Shown in pieces: positions 29,076-39,370 of a stretch of 64,000 nt of DNA. Source of the stretch: an uncultured Acidimicrobiales bacterium. GTDB taxonomy: Bacteria; Actinomycetota; Acidimicrobiia; Acidimicrobiales; CAVXTF01. Within the stretch, counting starts at the first letter, position 1; each line of letters opens with the position of its first letter. Both the position numbers and the translations under genes were made by a program. The stretch is taken from contig CAWDEI010000002.1 of the NCBI GenBank assembly GCA_963801315.1, forward strand, positions 405,887-469,886, written 5' to 3'. The notes under the pieces were generated by a model, which ran no database searches, was not told the DNA's origin, and saw nothing but the letters and a program-made list of their open reading frames with translations.

Positions 29076-29870
29076 TCAGTCGCTTGAGCGCGGTCGCTGA
29101 CCGAACCGCCAGGCTACGACGGCGGCTCCCGTGGCAACGGCGACGACAGCGGCACCCGTCGCGGCGGCGGTTCCCGATGGGACGGGCAAGCGGTCGCGCA
29201 TCCGGACGGGTCGGGTGAACGCCGCCACCTCCCACCCTCGTTCTCGTGCCAGACGTGCGAGCACCCGGTCGGGGTTCACCGCTACCGGATGGCCCACGAG
29301 CTCGAGCATCGGCGCGTCGGTGTATGAATCTGTGTAGGCGTACGAGGCGCTGAGGTCGATCCCCTCGCGTTCGGCGACCTCTGACATCGCTTCTGCCTTG
29401 AACGGCCCGTATGCGTAGAAGTCCATCTCCCCCGTGTAGCGGCCATCGGCGTCGACGACCGCCTTGCTCGCGATCGAACCGCGTGCTCCGAGATAGCCGG
29501 CGAGTGGCCGCACGATCTCCTCGGGCGAGGCGGACACCAGGTACACCAGCCGGCCCGCAGCTTGGTGCCTTTCGATCAGGTCGAGCGCCTCGGCGTAGAT
29601 GATCGGCTCGACGATGTCGTCGAGCGCTTCACGCACGAGACGGGAGACCTCTTGCTGGTCCCAACCTCTGGTCAGATCCAGCACCGACTCGCGCACGCGT
29701 GCGAGCTTCTGCTCGCTTGCGCCCAGGTGGAGGTACACGAATTGCGAGACAAGCGCTCGCAGGACGGTGGACCTCGAGATCAAGCCCCCCCGATAGAAGG
29801 TCCTGCCGAACGCCGCAATGGACGCCTTGGCGATGACCGTCTTGTCGAGGTCGAAGAAAGCGGCCTCCAC
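29076..29870 (-). CDS. HAD-IB family hydrolase (SerB-like) with C-terminal membrane anchor
   Basis: MEAAFFDLDKTVIAKAS (DxDxT)...VYLVSASPEEIV...AYTDSYTDAPMLELVGHPVAVNP. The tail is AAATGAAVVAVATGAAVVAW. Confidence 0.85.
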   Translation of the reverse strand: MEAAFFDLDKTVIAKASIAAFGRTFYRGGLISRSTVLRALVSQFVYLHLGASEQKLARVRESVLDLTRGWDQQEVSRLVREALDDIVEPIIYAEALDLIERHQAAGRLVYLVSASPEEIVRPLAGYLGARGSIASKAVVDADGRYTGEMDFYAYGPFKAEAMSEVAEREGIDLSASYAYTDSYTDAPMLELVGHPVAVNPDRVLARLARERGWEVAAFTRPVRMRDRLPVPSGTAAATGAAVVAVATGAAVVAWRFGQRPRSSD

Positions 29871-29918
29871 GGCGGCATTCTACGGCCGACGCGCTCCTTG
29901 TCGTCGCCCGGGGCCCGA

Positions 29919-30581
29919 TCAGTCGCCCACTAGGACCGATTGGACCGCACGCTCGGATTGGCCTGTCACCAGGGCCAGCACCTCGTCCCCCGGCTCGAGC
30001 ACGGTGTCTCCCCGCGGGACGACCAGATGGTCACGTCGGACCACGGCGACGATCGTGGCGTCCCGGGGTATTCCGAGCTGCGCGATGCTCACGCCGACTG
30101 CGGGTGAATGGTCCGCGAGGGTCACCTCGACGAGCGAGGCATGCCCGCGCTCGAGGCGCAACAGCCGGACAAGCGAGCCGACCGAGACCGCCTCTTCGAC
30201 GAGTGCGGTCATCATGAGGGGCATACACACAGAGACGTCGACTCCCCACGACTCGTTGAAGAGCCACTGGTTCTTCGAGTTGTTCACTCGGGCTATGACG
30301 CGCGGAACTGCGAATTCCTGCTTTGACAGCAACGAGATTACGAGATTGTCCTCATCGTCCCCCGTGGCCGCGATGGCGACATCGATGACCCCGAAGCCGG
30401 CCGCGTCGAGGGAGCTGACCTCGCAGCCGTCCGCCGCGACGAGTTTCAGGTCGAGCTCGGGGCGCAGCCGCTCGACGAGATCGACGTCTTTGTCGATGAG
30501 AAGGACGTCATGTCCCTCCGAGGCCAGATCTGTGGCTATCGAAGTTCCGACGTTTCCTGCGCCGCAGATCGCAACCTTCAT
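29919..30581 (-). CDS. trkA: TrkA-family potassium uptake protein (NAD-binding plus TrkA-C)
   Basis: MKVAICGAGNVGTSIATDLASEGHDVLLIDKD...SLVEVTLADHSPAVGVSIAQLGIP. The ATG overlaps the stop of the upstream trkA paralogue (ATGA at 30578-30581). Confidence 0.88.
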   Translation of the reverse strand: MKVAICGAGNVGTSIATDLASEGHDVLLIDKDVDLVERLRPELDLKLVAADGCEVSSLDAAGFGVIDVAIAATGDDEDNLVISLLSKQEFAVPRVIARVNNSKNQWLFNESWGVDVSVCMPLMMTALVEEAVSVGSLVRLLRLERGHASLVEVTLADHSPAVGVSIAQLGIPRDATIVAVVRRDHLVVPRGDTVLEPGDEVLALVTGQSERAVQSVLVGD

Positions 30582-31270
30582 GTGGCGTCGCCCGGCGCCG
30601 AGTCTCGATCGCGGACCGGTGCCGGTTGCCCGAGCTCGACCGCCAGCTCCGGAACGTCCTGCTTCATCACGGCGATGTGAAGAACGTCTCCTTCCTGTCC
30701 GAGGAGGTTCGCGACGTCGAGGCGAGGCTCTCCCGCCCTGCTGACCGCTACGAGCCGGCCCTTCCCGCGGTCGACCAGCTCGCGGACGTGCTGCCCCGCC
30801 CACGAATCGGGAAGGAGCTCTTCGAGGAGCATCAGCCGCCCAGTCGGGTCCGTCCACTCGGCGGCCGCTGCCTCGGGCAGCATCCGTTGCAACACCCGGT
30901 CGATGGTCCACGAGACGGTGGCCACGGTCGGTATTCCGAGGCGCTGGTAGATCTCGGCTCGCCGGGGGTCATAGATCCTGGCAACCACCCGACGGACCTC
31001 GTAGGTCTCGCGGGCGATGCGCGCGGTCAGGATGTTCGAGTTGTCCCCGCTGGTCACCGCCGCTAGCGCACTTGCCTTGGGCGCTCCGGCGGCATCGAGG
31101 GCGTCACGGTCGAAGCCCGACCCCACGACCTTGATGCCGGGCCATTCAGGGGGTAGCCGGCGGAACGCCCGGGGATTCTTGTCGATGATGGCCACGCTGT
31201 GACCGAGCTCGGCCACACGGATGGCCATTCCCGACCCGACGCGGCCGCAACCCACGACGACAAGGTGCAT
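30578..31270 (-). CDS. trkA: TrkA-family potassium uptake protein (NAD-binding plus TrkA-C)
   Basis: MHLVVVGCGRVGSGMAIRVAELGHSVAIIDKN...ALAAVTSGDNSNILTARIA...LVAVSRAGEPRL. Confidence 0.88.
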   Translation of the reverse strand: MHLVVVGCGRVGSGMAIRVAELGHSVAIIDKNPRAFRRLPPEWPGIKVVGSGFDRDALDAAGAPKASALAAVTSGDNSNILTARIARETYEVRRVVARIYDPRRAEIYQRLGIPTVATVSWTIDRVLQRMLPEAAAAEWTDPTGRLMLLEELLPDSWAGQHVRELVDRGKGRLVAVSRAGEPRLDVANLLGQEGDVLHIAVMKQDVPELAVELGQPAPVRDRDSAPGDAT

Positions 31271-31377
31271 CGGCCACCATGCAACACGGCTGGCACTGAC
31301 CCGGCAACCCAAGTGCCGAACGACGCCCGAAACGGGCACGTATCCCCGCAGTGTCCCAGAGTGCTTAACCTGACCCG

Positions 31378-33843
31378 GTGGCAGACGAACACATTTCCGT
31401 CGCAGAGCCGCCGCTCCTGGACGACCTTGGTGCCGGATCGGGTTCGCGGCTAGCGCCTGAGATCGTTCCTGCCCAGGTTGCAGAACGCCTTCCTGAGACC
31501 CTTCGCTACCGGTTGAAGAACCGCATCCTCGGTCCCCCGATCGCGACCGAGCGCCAGTCCACGGAGCGCCTCGGGCGCCCTACTGCTCTTGCGATCCTGT
31601 CGTCGGACGTCATCTCCTCCTCTGCGTACGCGACCGAGCAGATTCTGTTCGTTCTAGTGAGAGCGGTCGGGATAGCGGCCTTCTCTCTTGTCATGCCGAT
31701 CACCTTTGCGGTCATCGCCGTCCTGATCTTCGTAACTCTTTCCTATCTCGAGGTCGTGAAGGTCTATACGAAGGCCGGCGGCGCCTACGTGGTCTCGAGG
31801 GAGAACTTCGGGCCGAAGGTGGCCCAGGTCGCTGTCATGTCGCTGTTGATCGACTACACGCTCACCGTCGCGGTTTCGGTGGCGGCGGGAGTGGCCGCCC
31901 TGACGTCCGTGTTCCCGGCACTCACCCGCGACAACGGCACGGTTTGGATCTCCGCGGGACTGGTCGTGCTGATCGCGTACATCAACCTGCGCGGTGTCCG
32001 CGAAGCGGGCCGGGTGTTCGCTCTTCCGACGTACTTCTTCGTGGCCAACATGGTGATCCTCATCGGCTTCGGCACGATAAGGGCGATCAGTGGGACGCTT
32101 CGGGCTCACTCCCTCGTAGGTCACCCCGGAGCCGTCGACATCGGCCGACCGGGCAACGGCCTTCTTCTGGGTGCCTCGGTGTTCGTGGTGATGCGAGCCT
32201 TCGCTTCCGGGGGGTCGGCGCTCACAGGGACCGAGGCAATATCCAACGGGGTGAGCGTCTTTCGGAAACCCGAAGCTCGCAATGCCCGTATCACGATGGT
32301 CTGGATGAGCGTCATCCTCGGATCGCTGGTACTCGGGGTCGGGGCGCTCGCAGCGATCGTGCACCCCGTTCCCTATCTGAACGGCACCCCGACCGTCGTG
32401 TCCCAGATCGCCAAGTACGTCTACGGAACCAGCGCATTCGGCAAGACGCTCTACGTGTTGCTTCAAGGAGCGACCATGTTGATCCTCGTGCTCGCAGCGA
32501 ACACGAGTTTCACGGGATTCCCCTACCTGGCGAGCTTTGCGGCGGAGGACTCGTATCTCCCGCGCCAACTCATGAAACGCGGGCACAGGCTCGTCTTTTC
32601 CACCGGGATCATCGTCCTCACCGCCGCATCGGTGGCCCTGCTCGTGGTCACGCGCGCACAGGTCGACAAGCTCATACCGCTCTACGCCATAGGTGTCTTC
32701 ACGGGTTTCACCATGGCGGGGCTCGGCATGGCGAAGTACCACATCAAGCACAAGGAAAATGGTTGGAAGCGCCGCTTTGCAATCAACGGTACTGCGGGGG
32801 TGCTGTCGGGGATCGTCGACGTCATCATCGCGGTCTCCAAGTTCGGCGAAGGCGCGTGGATCGTGGTGATCCTGCTCCCCGCAGGGGTGGCCGCTCTTCT
32901 CCTGCTGCACCGGCAGTACTCGACAGAGCAGACCGAGCTCGAGGAGGGAGCCCTCGTTGCGTGCGAGGCACCGGTGCTGAGACGCCACGCCGTCATCGTG
33001 CTCATCGACCGGCTGGATCTCGCGACCGCCCGCGCCATTCAGTATGCGAGGACGCTCACCCCGGACACACTGCGGATCGTGCACTTCGCTGTCGACCCGA
33101 AGGAGCCGGCTGGTCTGGAGCAGGAGTGGCGAAGGTTAGGGCTGTCACGATTGCCTCTCGACATCATCGAATGCCCTGATCGCCGGCTGGCCCGTGCGTC
33201 GCTCGAGCTCGCTGCCGAGGCAGCCGCGGACGGCCAGACCGAGGTGACGATCCTTCTGCCCAGAAGAGGATTCACCAGCGGATGGCGGCGGCTGCTCCAT
33301 GACCGCAGCGCCGACCGCATCGCCGCAGCGGTGGGGATCCTCGGCCACGTGAACGCGACCATCGTTCCTTACCAGCTGTCGGAGAGTCTCGGTCCGTTCA
33401 CCTGGGCCGGCAGGATGCGCGGTCTGAGCCGGATCATGCGCGCAGGTGAGGAGTCTCGGCACAAAGAAGATTCGCGAAGGAGCGCGAGGGCAAGGGCACG
33501 CCTCGGGTCCGATGCAGGCGGAATGCCCAGGGTCGAGGGCACCACGCCGATCGGAGACGTGCAATGGCGCCAGCGCGTCAGGGTGGCGGGCAGGATCCAC
33601 TCTGTCCGGGTCCCCACGCGCACGGACACGGCCAACCTCGAATGCACGCTCGTCGACGGGACGGGGTCGATCCTGCTCGTGTTCCAAGGCCGCAGGCAGG
33701 TTCCCGGCTTGCGCCAAGGAGCTCGCTTGGTCGCAGAAGGCATGGTCGGGGCCTGGATGGGCGGATCGGCAATGCTGAACCCCGATTACGAGTTGCTGGC
33801 AGGCGTAGAAGGAGTGCCGGCCAGCACCACTTCGAAGCCCTGA
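31378..33843 (+). CDS. APC-superfamily permease with cytoplasmic C-domain, continuous with an OB-fold domain (about 33415-33843)
   Basis: RLGRPTALAILSSDVISSSAYATEQIL plus about 12 hydrophobic segments, matching the actinobacterial permease usually found beside trkA/ceo genes. The C-terminal 140 aa (GTTPIGDVQWRQRVRVAGRIHSVRVPTRTDTANLECTLVDGTGSILLVFQGRRQVPGLRQGARLVAEGMVG...MLNPDYELL) match the stand-alone OB-fold protein family. Confidence 0.8.
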   Translation: MADEHISVAEPPLLDDLGAGSGSRLAPEIVPAQVAERLPETLRYRLKNRILGPPIATERQSTERLGRPTALAILSSDVISSSAYATEQILFVLVRAVGIAAFSLVMPITFAVIAVLIFVTLSYLEVVKVYTKAGGAYVVSRENFGPKVAQVAVMSLLIDYTLTVAVSVAAGVAALTSVFPALTRDNGTVWISAGLVVLIAYINLRGVREAGRVFALPTYFFVANMVILIGFGTIRAISGTLRAHSLVGHPGAVDIGRPGNGLLLGASVFVVMRAFASGGSALTGTEAISNGVSVFRKPEARNARITMVWMSVILGSLVLGVGALAAIVHPVPYLNGTPTVVSQIAKYVYGTSAFGKTLYVLLQGATMLILVLAANTSFTGFPYLASFAAEDSYLPRQLMKRGHRLVFSTGIIVLTAASVALLVVTRAQVDKLIPLYAIGVFTGFTMAGLGMAKYHIKHKENGWKRRFAINGTAGVLSGIVDVIIAVSKFGEGAWIVVILLPAGVAALLLLHRQYSTEQTELEEGALVACEAPVLRRHAVIVLIDRLDLATARAIQYARTLTPDTLRIVHFAVDPKEPAGLEQEWRRLGLSRLPLDIIECPDRRLARASLELAAEAAADGQTEVTILLPRRGFTSGWRRLLHDRSADRIAAAVGILGHVNATIVPYQLSESLGPFTWAGRMRGLSRIMRAGEESRHKEDSRRSARARARLGSDAGGMPRVEGTTPIGDVQWRQRVRVAGRIHSVRVPTRTDTANLECTLVDGTGSILLVFQGRRQVPGLRQGARLVAEGMVGAWMGGSAMLNPDYELLAGVEGVPASTTSKP

Positions 33844-34040
33844 AGCTCCACTGTGGGAACGACTCAGGGGTCTTCCTTGCCGTAGAGACCGCCCAGTCGG
33901 TAACCTCGTCCGCCGATTGCCGTAGGCGTGGACCGGCGGCGCGTGCTTCTTGTGCCCGTGTTCGGTAGTCGTCACGCCTACATCCGCACGTAACCCAGGG
34001 GCCTGGTGCTCCCGGCCTTATCGAAGGGAGTCTCAGGACC

Positions 34041-36389
34041 ATGACCCACCTCCTCGCTGCCGAAGGGGGCTACCAGGGCTTCGTCCTGACCGGCACCGAG
34101 AAGACGTGGTTGGTGCTGGCTCTCGTCGCAGCGCTCTTCGGGATCACCGTCGGCCTGTTGCTCATGCGAGGGGTTCTTCGCGCCGACCAGGGCAGCCAGA
34201 GCATGCGCGACATAGCCAGGGCCATCCAAGAAGGAGCTCAGGCGTTCCTGCGAAGGCAGTTCCGGGCGATCATTACCGTCGTCATCCCCCTTGCCGTGCT
34301 TATCTTCTTCACCGCTACGAAGGTCGTCCGTCCCGATGGCTCGATCGCCCTTTCGTTCGCCTCGGCCGGCGGGTTCAGGGTGCTCTGTTTCCTTCTCGGT
34401 GCCACCCTCTCTGGGCTCACGGGGTTCATCGGCATGAGCATCGCAGTGCGAGGGAACGTCCGGACCGCTGCCGCGGCCGCACGTGGCGGCGGCATGTCCG
34501 AGGCTCTCAAGGTCGCTTTCCGCACCGGGTCCGTCACCGGGATGTTGTGCGTCGGCCTTGGCCTCCTAGGTGCGACGGTGATCGTGTTCACGTTCCAGAA
34601 CACAGCGACCGCGGTCCTGGTCGGATTCGGGTTCGGAGCGTCGTTGATCGCACTGTTCATGAGGGTCGGAGGAGGAATCTTCACCAAGGCGGCCGACGTG
34701 GGGGCGGACCTCGTGGGCAAGGTCGAGGCCGGGATCCCCGAAGACGATCCTCGCAATGCTGCGACCATCGCCGACAACGTCGGCGACAACGTGGGGGACT
34801 GTGCGGGGATGGCGGCCGACCTCTTCGAGTCGTACGTGATCACGATCATCGCCGCGATCATCCTCGGCTACGCGGCGTTCAGCTCCCTCGGCGGATCGCT
34901 CGAGGCCCACTCGGCGCGCGCCGTCGTGTTCCCCCTGATCGTTCCCGCGATCGGCATATTGGCATCGGCGATAGGCGTCATGCTCGTACGCGGCCGGGCC
35001 AAGGACAAGAGCGCCATGGCCCCGATCAACAGGGGTTTTTGGACAGCTGCGGTGATCACCACCCTCGGCGCCGGCCTGGTCGCCGGCTTCTATCTCCACT
35101 ACATGAAGGCCTTCTACGCGGTTCTGACCGGCGTACTGCTCTCCCTCGTAGCGAGCCAGATAACCGAGCACTTCACCTCGACCGAGCGAAAGCCCGTGCG
35201 CGAGATCGCCGAAGCCGCGCGGACCGGACCGGCGACGACCACCCTCGCCGGAATTTCCATCGGTCTCGAGTCAACGGTATGGGCGATCCTTGCAATCGCC
35301 GTGGCCGTAGGCGTGTCCGTCCTCCTCGCAGGCCGGAACGCGGCCGGACAGCCCAACATCGAGCTGACCCTCTACCTCGTGTCCCTCACAGGGATCGGCC
35401 TTCTGTCGACCGCGGGGATGGTCGTGTCCGAGGACAGCTTCGGGCCGGTTTCGGACAACGCTGCGGGAATCGCCGAGATGTCGGGGGAGTTCACCGGCGA
35501 GGCCGAGCGCATCATGGTGAGCCTCGACGCGGTCGGGAACACGACGAAGGCAATCACCAAAGGTGTCGCGATCGGATCGGCCGTCATCGCCTCGGTCTCG
35601 CTTTTCGGCTCGTTCATCGAGACGATCGCGTCGCAACTCGGTCTCCGCGCGACCGGCACGGCGCTGTTCAACGATTCGCACACGCAGATCAACGTGGCCA
35701 ACCCGACGATCTTCATCGGATTGCTCATCGGCGGTTCCGTAGCGTTCTTGTTCTCTTCGCTTGCGATCAGAGCCGTGGGCCGGTCCGCGGGGACCGTGGT
35801 CCAGGAGGTCCGACGGCAATTCCGCGAGCACCCGGGGATCATGGACTACACCGAGAAGCCGGAGTACGGCCGGATCATCTCGATCTGCACCGCTGCGGCC
35901 CAGCGCGAATTAGTCACCCCGGCTCTGCTCGCCGTGCTCACACCGGTCATCGTCGGATTCGGGATCAACTACGCCGCTCTAGGTGCCTTCCTGGCTGCGG
36001 CCATTCTGACCGGCCAGCTGATGGCCAACTTCCTGTCCAACTCGGGAGGGGCGTGGGACAACGCCAAGAAATACATAGAAGACGGAAACGAGGGCGGCAA
36101 GGGCTCGGATGCCCACAAGGCGGCGGTCATCGGTGACACGATCGGCGACCCGTTCAAGGACACGGCCGGGCCGGCGCTCAACCCGCTCATCAAGGTCATG
36201 AACCTCGTCTCACTGCTCATCCTCCCGGCTGTGATCACGCTCCGCCACGACGACGTTGCCCGCTACGGCATCGCCATAGGAGCGATCGTTATCCTGGGGG
36301 GTGCGATCACCTTCTCGAAGCGGGCGACCTCGGGGTACGGAGAGGACAGCACGGTGGCCACGCCTGCCGTCGGGGCTGTGGAAGGCTGA
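34041..36389 (+). CDS. hppA: Membrane-bound proton-translocating pyrophosphatase
   Basis: 782 aa with GGGIFTKAADVGADLVGKVEAGIPEDDPRNAATIADNVGDNVGDCAGMAADLFESY and NTTKAITKGVAIGSA...GGAWDNAKKYIE...DTIGDPFKDTAGPALNPLIKV. Confidence 0.95.
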   Translation: MTHLLAAEGGYQGFVLTGTEKTWLVLALVAALFGITVGLLLMRGVLRADQGSQSMRDIARAIQEGAQAFLRRQFRAIITVVIPLAVLIFFTATKVVRPDGSIALSFASAGGFRVLCFLLGATLSGLTGFIGMSIAVRGNVRTAAAAARGGGMSEALKVAFRTGSVTGMLCVGLGLLGATVIVFTFQNTATAVLVGFGFGASLIALFMRVGGGIFTKAADVGADLVGKVEAGIPEDDPRNAATIADNVGDNVGDCAGMAADLFESYVITIIAAIILGYAAFSSLGGSLEAHSARAVVFPLIVPAIGILASAIGVMLVRGRAKDKSAMAPINRGFWTAAVITTLGAGLVAGFYLHYMKAFYAVLTGVLLSLVASQITEHFTSTERKPVREIAEAARTGPATTTLAGISIGLESTVWAILAIAVAVGVSVLLAGRNAAGQPNIELTLYLVSLTGIGLLSTAGMVVSEDSFGPVSDNAAGIAEMSGEFTGEAERIMVSLDAVGNTTKAITKGVAIGSAVIASVSLFGSFIETIASQLGLRATGTALFNDSHTQINVANPTIFIGLLIGGSVAFLFSSLAIRAVGRSAGTVVQEVRRQFREHPGIMDYTEKPEYGRIISICTAAAQRELVTPALLAVLTPVIVGFGINYAALGAFLAAAILTGQLMANFLSNSGGAWDNAKKYIEDGNEGGKGSDAHKAAVIGDTIGDPFKDTAGPALNPLIKVMNLVSLLILPAVITLRHDDVARYGIAIGAIVILGGAITFSKRATSGYGEDSTVATPAVGAVEG

Positions 36390-36426
36390 AGCACCCGCAA
36401 GGAGTGTTGGGCGTCCGGAGAGCCCG

Positions 36427-36442
36427 CCGACCGGAGGGTCGG
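36427..36442 (+). terminator. GC hairpin after hppA
   Basis: CCGACC-ggag-GGTCGG is followed by att. A TTGACA hexamer lies directly downstream at 36444-36449, with no good -10 seen. Confidence 0.25.
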
Positions 36443-36510
36443 ATTGACAAGTCGGGCCGGAGCGCTCACGCTTGCCGCAGCCAACCTCTCCTCGAGAATT
36501 CGACCTGACC

Positions 36511-39360
36511 ATGCCAAATCCTTCGAACAGTCGCGCCAACGGCCGGCCCAGCTCCGCGAAACCCCTGGTCATCGTGGAGTCGCCGGCCAAGGCCCGGACC
36601 ATATCGGCCATGCTCGGCCCCGATTTCGTCGTCGAGTCCTCCGTCGGTCACATCCGCGACCTGCCGAGGCGGGCGGGTGAGGTGCCGGTTGCGTACAGGG
36701 GGGAGGGCTGGGCGCGCCTGGGAGTCGATGTCGACAACGGCTTCAAGCCTCTCTATGTGATCTCGCCCGAGAAGCAGTCCGTGGTCAGCCGGTTGAAGCA
36801 GGCCGTCCGCCAGGCGAGCGAGGTCTACGTGGCGACGGACGAGGACCGCGAAGGGGAGTCGATCGCCTGGCACCTGATCGAGGTGTTGTCGCCGGACGTC
36901 CCGGTGAAGCGCATGGTCTTCCACGAGATAACGCGCCCCGCGATCCAGCTCGCCGTCGAGAATTGGCGGGACCTCGACCGCCGGATGGTCGACGCTCAGG
37001 AGGCGCGTCGGATTCTCGACCGCCTCTATGGCTACGAGGTTTCCCCGGTGTTGTGGAAGAAGGTCATGCCCAGGCTGTCGGCCGGGCGTGTACAGAGCGT
37101 CGCGACCCGAATGATCGTGGAGCACGAGCGCGCCCGCATGCGCTTCAGGGCCGCAGGCTGGTGGGACGTCGAAGGCACCTTCGCCGCACCGGCGGTCGGC
37201 GCCGGCACGGCGGATTCCACCGGCAGCTCCGGGTCCGAGTCGAGGATCTTCAAAGCGACGCTGGTCGCGCTCGACGGGACGGCTCTCGCGGCCGGCCGAG
37301 ACTTCACAGAGACGGGAGATCTCAAGGCGGACAGCCAGGTGCGCCTGCTGGCCGAGGCCGAAGCGGAGGACCTGGCCCGAAGGCTGACCGGCCGCCCCTT
37401 TGCGGTCAAGTCGGTGACCGAGCGCCCGTTCAGGCGTTCCCCGGCGGCACCCTTCATCACCTCGACCCTCCAGCAGGAGGCAGGGCGAAAGCTGCGCTTC
37501 GGCGCCCAGCGCACTATGCAGGTCGCTCAGCGGCTCTACGAGCAAGGTTGGATCACGTACATGAGGACCGACTCCACCACGCTGTCGGACGAGGCCCTCG
37601 GCGCAGCCCGTGACCAGGCGGTTCGCCTCTACGGTGCCGACTACGTGCCTGACCGGCCGCGCCGCTACGAGCGCAAGGTGAAGAACGCCCAGGAGGCTCA
37701 CGAAGCGATCCGACCCTCGGGCGACACGTTCCGCACCCCCGAGCAGGCGACTCCGGAACTTTCTGGCGACGAGCTTCGTCTCTACGACCTCATCTGGAAG
37801 CGCACCGTCGCCTCCCAGATGTCGGATGCCAGAGGGACCACAGCGCAGGTGCGGATCGAGGGCGCCGCGTCGCCGAACGCCGCCGGCCAGGGCGAGGTGG
37901 CGGAGTTCGGAGTTTCGGGGACGGTGGTGACCTTTCCCGGATTCCTGCGGGCGTACGTCGAGGGATCGGACGACCCGGACGCCGAGCTCGCCGAGCGCGA
38001 CACGCAGTTGCCGGCGCTCGCCGAGGGCGACGCCCTTTCCGGCTCCGACATGGAGCCGCGAGGCCACACGACTCAGCCGCCCGCTCGGTTCACCGAGGCA
38101 TCTTTGGTGAAAGCACTCGAGGAGCAGGGAGTCGGCCGGCCCTCGACCTACGCCAGCATCATCGGGACGATCCAGGACCGCGGATATGTCTGGAAGAAGG
38201 GGACCGCCCTCGTCCCTTCGTTCACTGCATTCGCTGTCGTAGGCCTCCTCGAGCGGCATTTCGGAGATCTCGTCGACTACGGGTTCACCGCTGCGATGGA
38301 GGACGACCTCGACCGGATCGCCGACGGAAGCGAGCAGGCCCTGCCGTGGCTCACGCGCTTTTACTTCGGCTCGCCCGTCGATGCAGGCGGCGGAAACGGC
38401 AGCGGTGGCCACGCGCGAGGACTGAAGGAAGACGTGGCGACCCATCTCGGGGAGATCGACGCGCGGCAGATCAATTCGATACCGATCGGAACCGGGTCGA
38501 ACGGCGAGGAGATCGTCGTTCGCGTCGGGCGCTACGGCCCTTACCTCCAGCACGGAGAGAGCCGCGCCTCGATCCCTGAAGACGTTGCTCCCGACGAGTT
38601 GACGATCGAGCGTGCGGAGGAGTTGCTCGCCGCTCCTTCCGGCGACAGGGTCGTCGGAGAGGATCCGGCGACGGGGCTCTCAGTGTTCGTGCGTGCTGGT
38701 CGTTATGGGCCTTACGTCCAACTCGGCGAGGCGAAGGACGGAGAGCGCCCGTTGACGGCGTCGTTGTTCTCGACGATGTCTCCGGCTGCGGTGACCCTCG
38801 AGGAGGCACTGCGACTTCTGACACTGCCGCGCGCTGTCGGCCCGGATCCAGCCTCCGGAGACGAGATCCAGGCCCTCAACGGGAAATTCGGCCCGTACCT
38901 GAAGCGCGGCACCGAGACTCGCAGCCTCGAGTCGGAGGATCAGATCTTCTCGATCACGCTCGACCAGGCGCTTGCGCTGTTCGCACAGCCGAAAGCCGCC
39001 CGGGGAAGAGGGCCCGCGGCCCCCTTGAAGGAGATCGGCACCGACCCCGTGACCAACCTCGTGATCACACTGCGCAACGGGAGGTTCGGGCCCTACGTGA
39101 CCGACGGGACGACCAATGCGTCGCTTCGTCGCGGTGACGACATGGAGGACATCTCGATCGAGCGCGCCTCGGAGCTGCTCGCCGACCGCAGGGCCGCGGG
39201 GCCTCCGGCGAAGAGGGCGCGCGGAGCGAAGAAGGCTTCCAAGACGGCGAAGGCCACGAAGAAGGCGGCAAAGGCGACCAAGGCGAAGAAGACGGCCGGA
39301 GCGAAGAAGGCAGCCAAGGCCACGAAGACGACCAAGTCCGCCGAGACAACGAAGGCATAA
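36511..39360 (+). CDS. topA: DNA topoisomerase I with Lys/Ala-rich C-terminal tail
   Basis: KPLVIVESPAKARTISAML (Toprim)...VYVATDEDREGESIAWHL...QRLYEQGWITYMRTDS (catalytic Tyr region). The tail is AKKASKTAKATKKAAKATKAKKTAGAKKAAKATK, typical of actinobacterial TopA. Confidence 0.95.
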   Translation: MPNPSNSRANGRPSSAKPLVIVESPAKARTISAMLGPDFVVESSVGHIRDLPRRAGEVPVAYRGEGWARLGVDVDNGFKPLYVISPEKQSVVSRLKQAVRQASEVYVATDEDREGESIAWHLIEVLSPDVPVKRMVFHEITRPAIQLAVENWRDLDRRMVDAQEARRILDRLYGYEVSPVLWKKVMPRLSAGRVQSVATRMIVEHERARMRFRAAGWWDVEGTFAAPAVGAGTADSTGSSGSESRIFKATLVALDGTALAAGRDFTETGDLKADSQVRLLAEAEAEDLARRLTGRPFAVKSVTERPFRRSPAAPFITSTLQQEAGRKLRFGAQRTMQVAQRLYEQGWITYMRTDSTTLSDEALGAARDQAVRLYGADYVPDRPRRYERKVKNAQEAHEAIRPSGDTFRTPEQATPELSGDELRLYDLIWKRTVASQMSDARGTTAQVRIEGAASPNAAGQGEVAEFGVSGTVVTFPGFLRAYVEGSDDPDAELAERDTQLPALAEGDALSGSDMEPRGHTTQPPARFTEASLVKALEEQGVGRPSTYASIIGTIQDRGYVWKKGTALVPSFTAFAVVGLLERHFGDLVDYGFTAAMEDDLDRIADGSEQALPWLTRFYFGSPVDAGGGNGSGGHARGLKEDVATHLGEIDARQINSIPIGTGSNGEEIVVRVGRYGPYLQHGESRASIPEDVAPDELTIERAEELLAAPSGDRVVGEDPATGLSVFVRAGRYGPYVQLGEAKDGERPLTASLFSTMSPAAVTLEEALRLLTLPRAVGPDPASGDEIQALNGKFGPYLKRGTETRSLESEDQIFSITLDQALALFAQPKAARGRGPAAPLKEIGTDPVTNLVITLRNGRFGPYVTDGTTNASLRRGDDMEDISIERASELLADRRAAGPPAKRARGAKKASKTAKATKKAAKATKAKKTAGAKKAAKATKTTKSAETTKA

Positions 39361-39370
39361 CCTCCCGATC

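Noticed and set aside
31654-33084. 476-aa minus-strand ORF, plus the 411-aa alternative + frame at 31944..33179
   Set aside because: Both overlap the APC permease gene and lack hydrophobic or other protein-like patterning. They are shadow ORFs.
33950-36136. 728-aa + strand ORF overlapping hppA in another frame
   Set aside because: The translation is dominated by Arg/Gly/Pro/His. The 34041..36389 frame encodes a textbook membrane pyrophosphatase.
36466-38553. 695-aa ORF on the minus strand
   Set aside because: It is entirely antisense to topA, whose product carries unmistakable Toprim and catalytic motifs. The antisense translation is Arg/Gly/Leu/Pro-rich low-complexity sequence, typical of shadow ORFs in GC-rich DNA.
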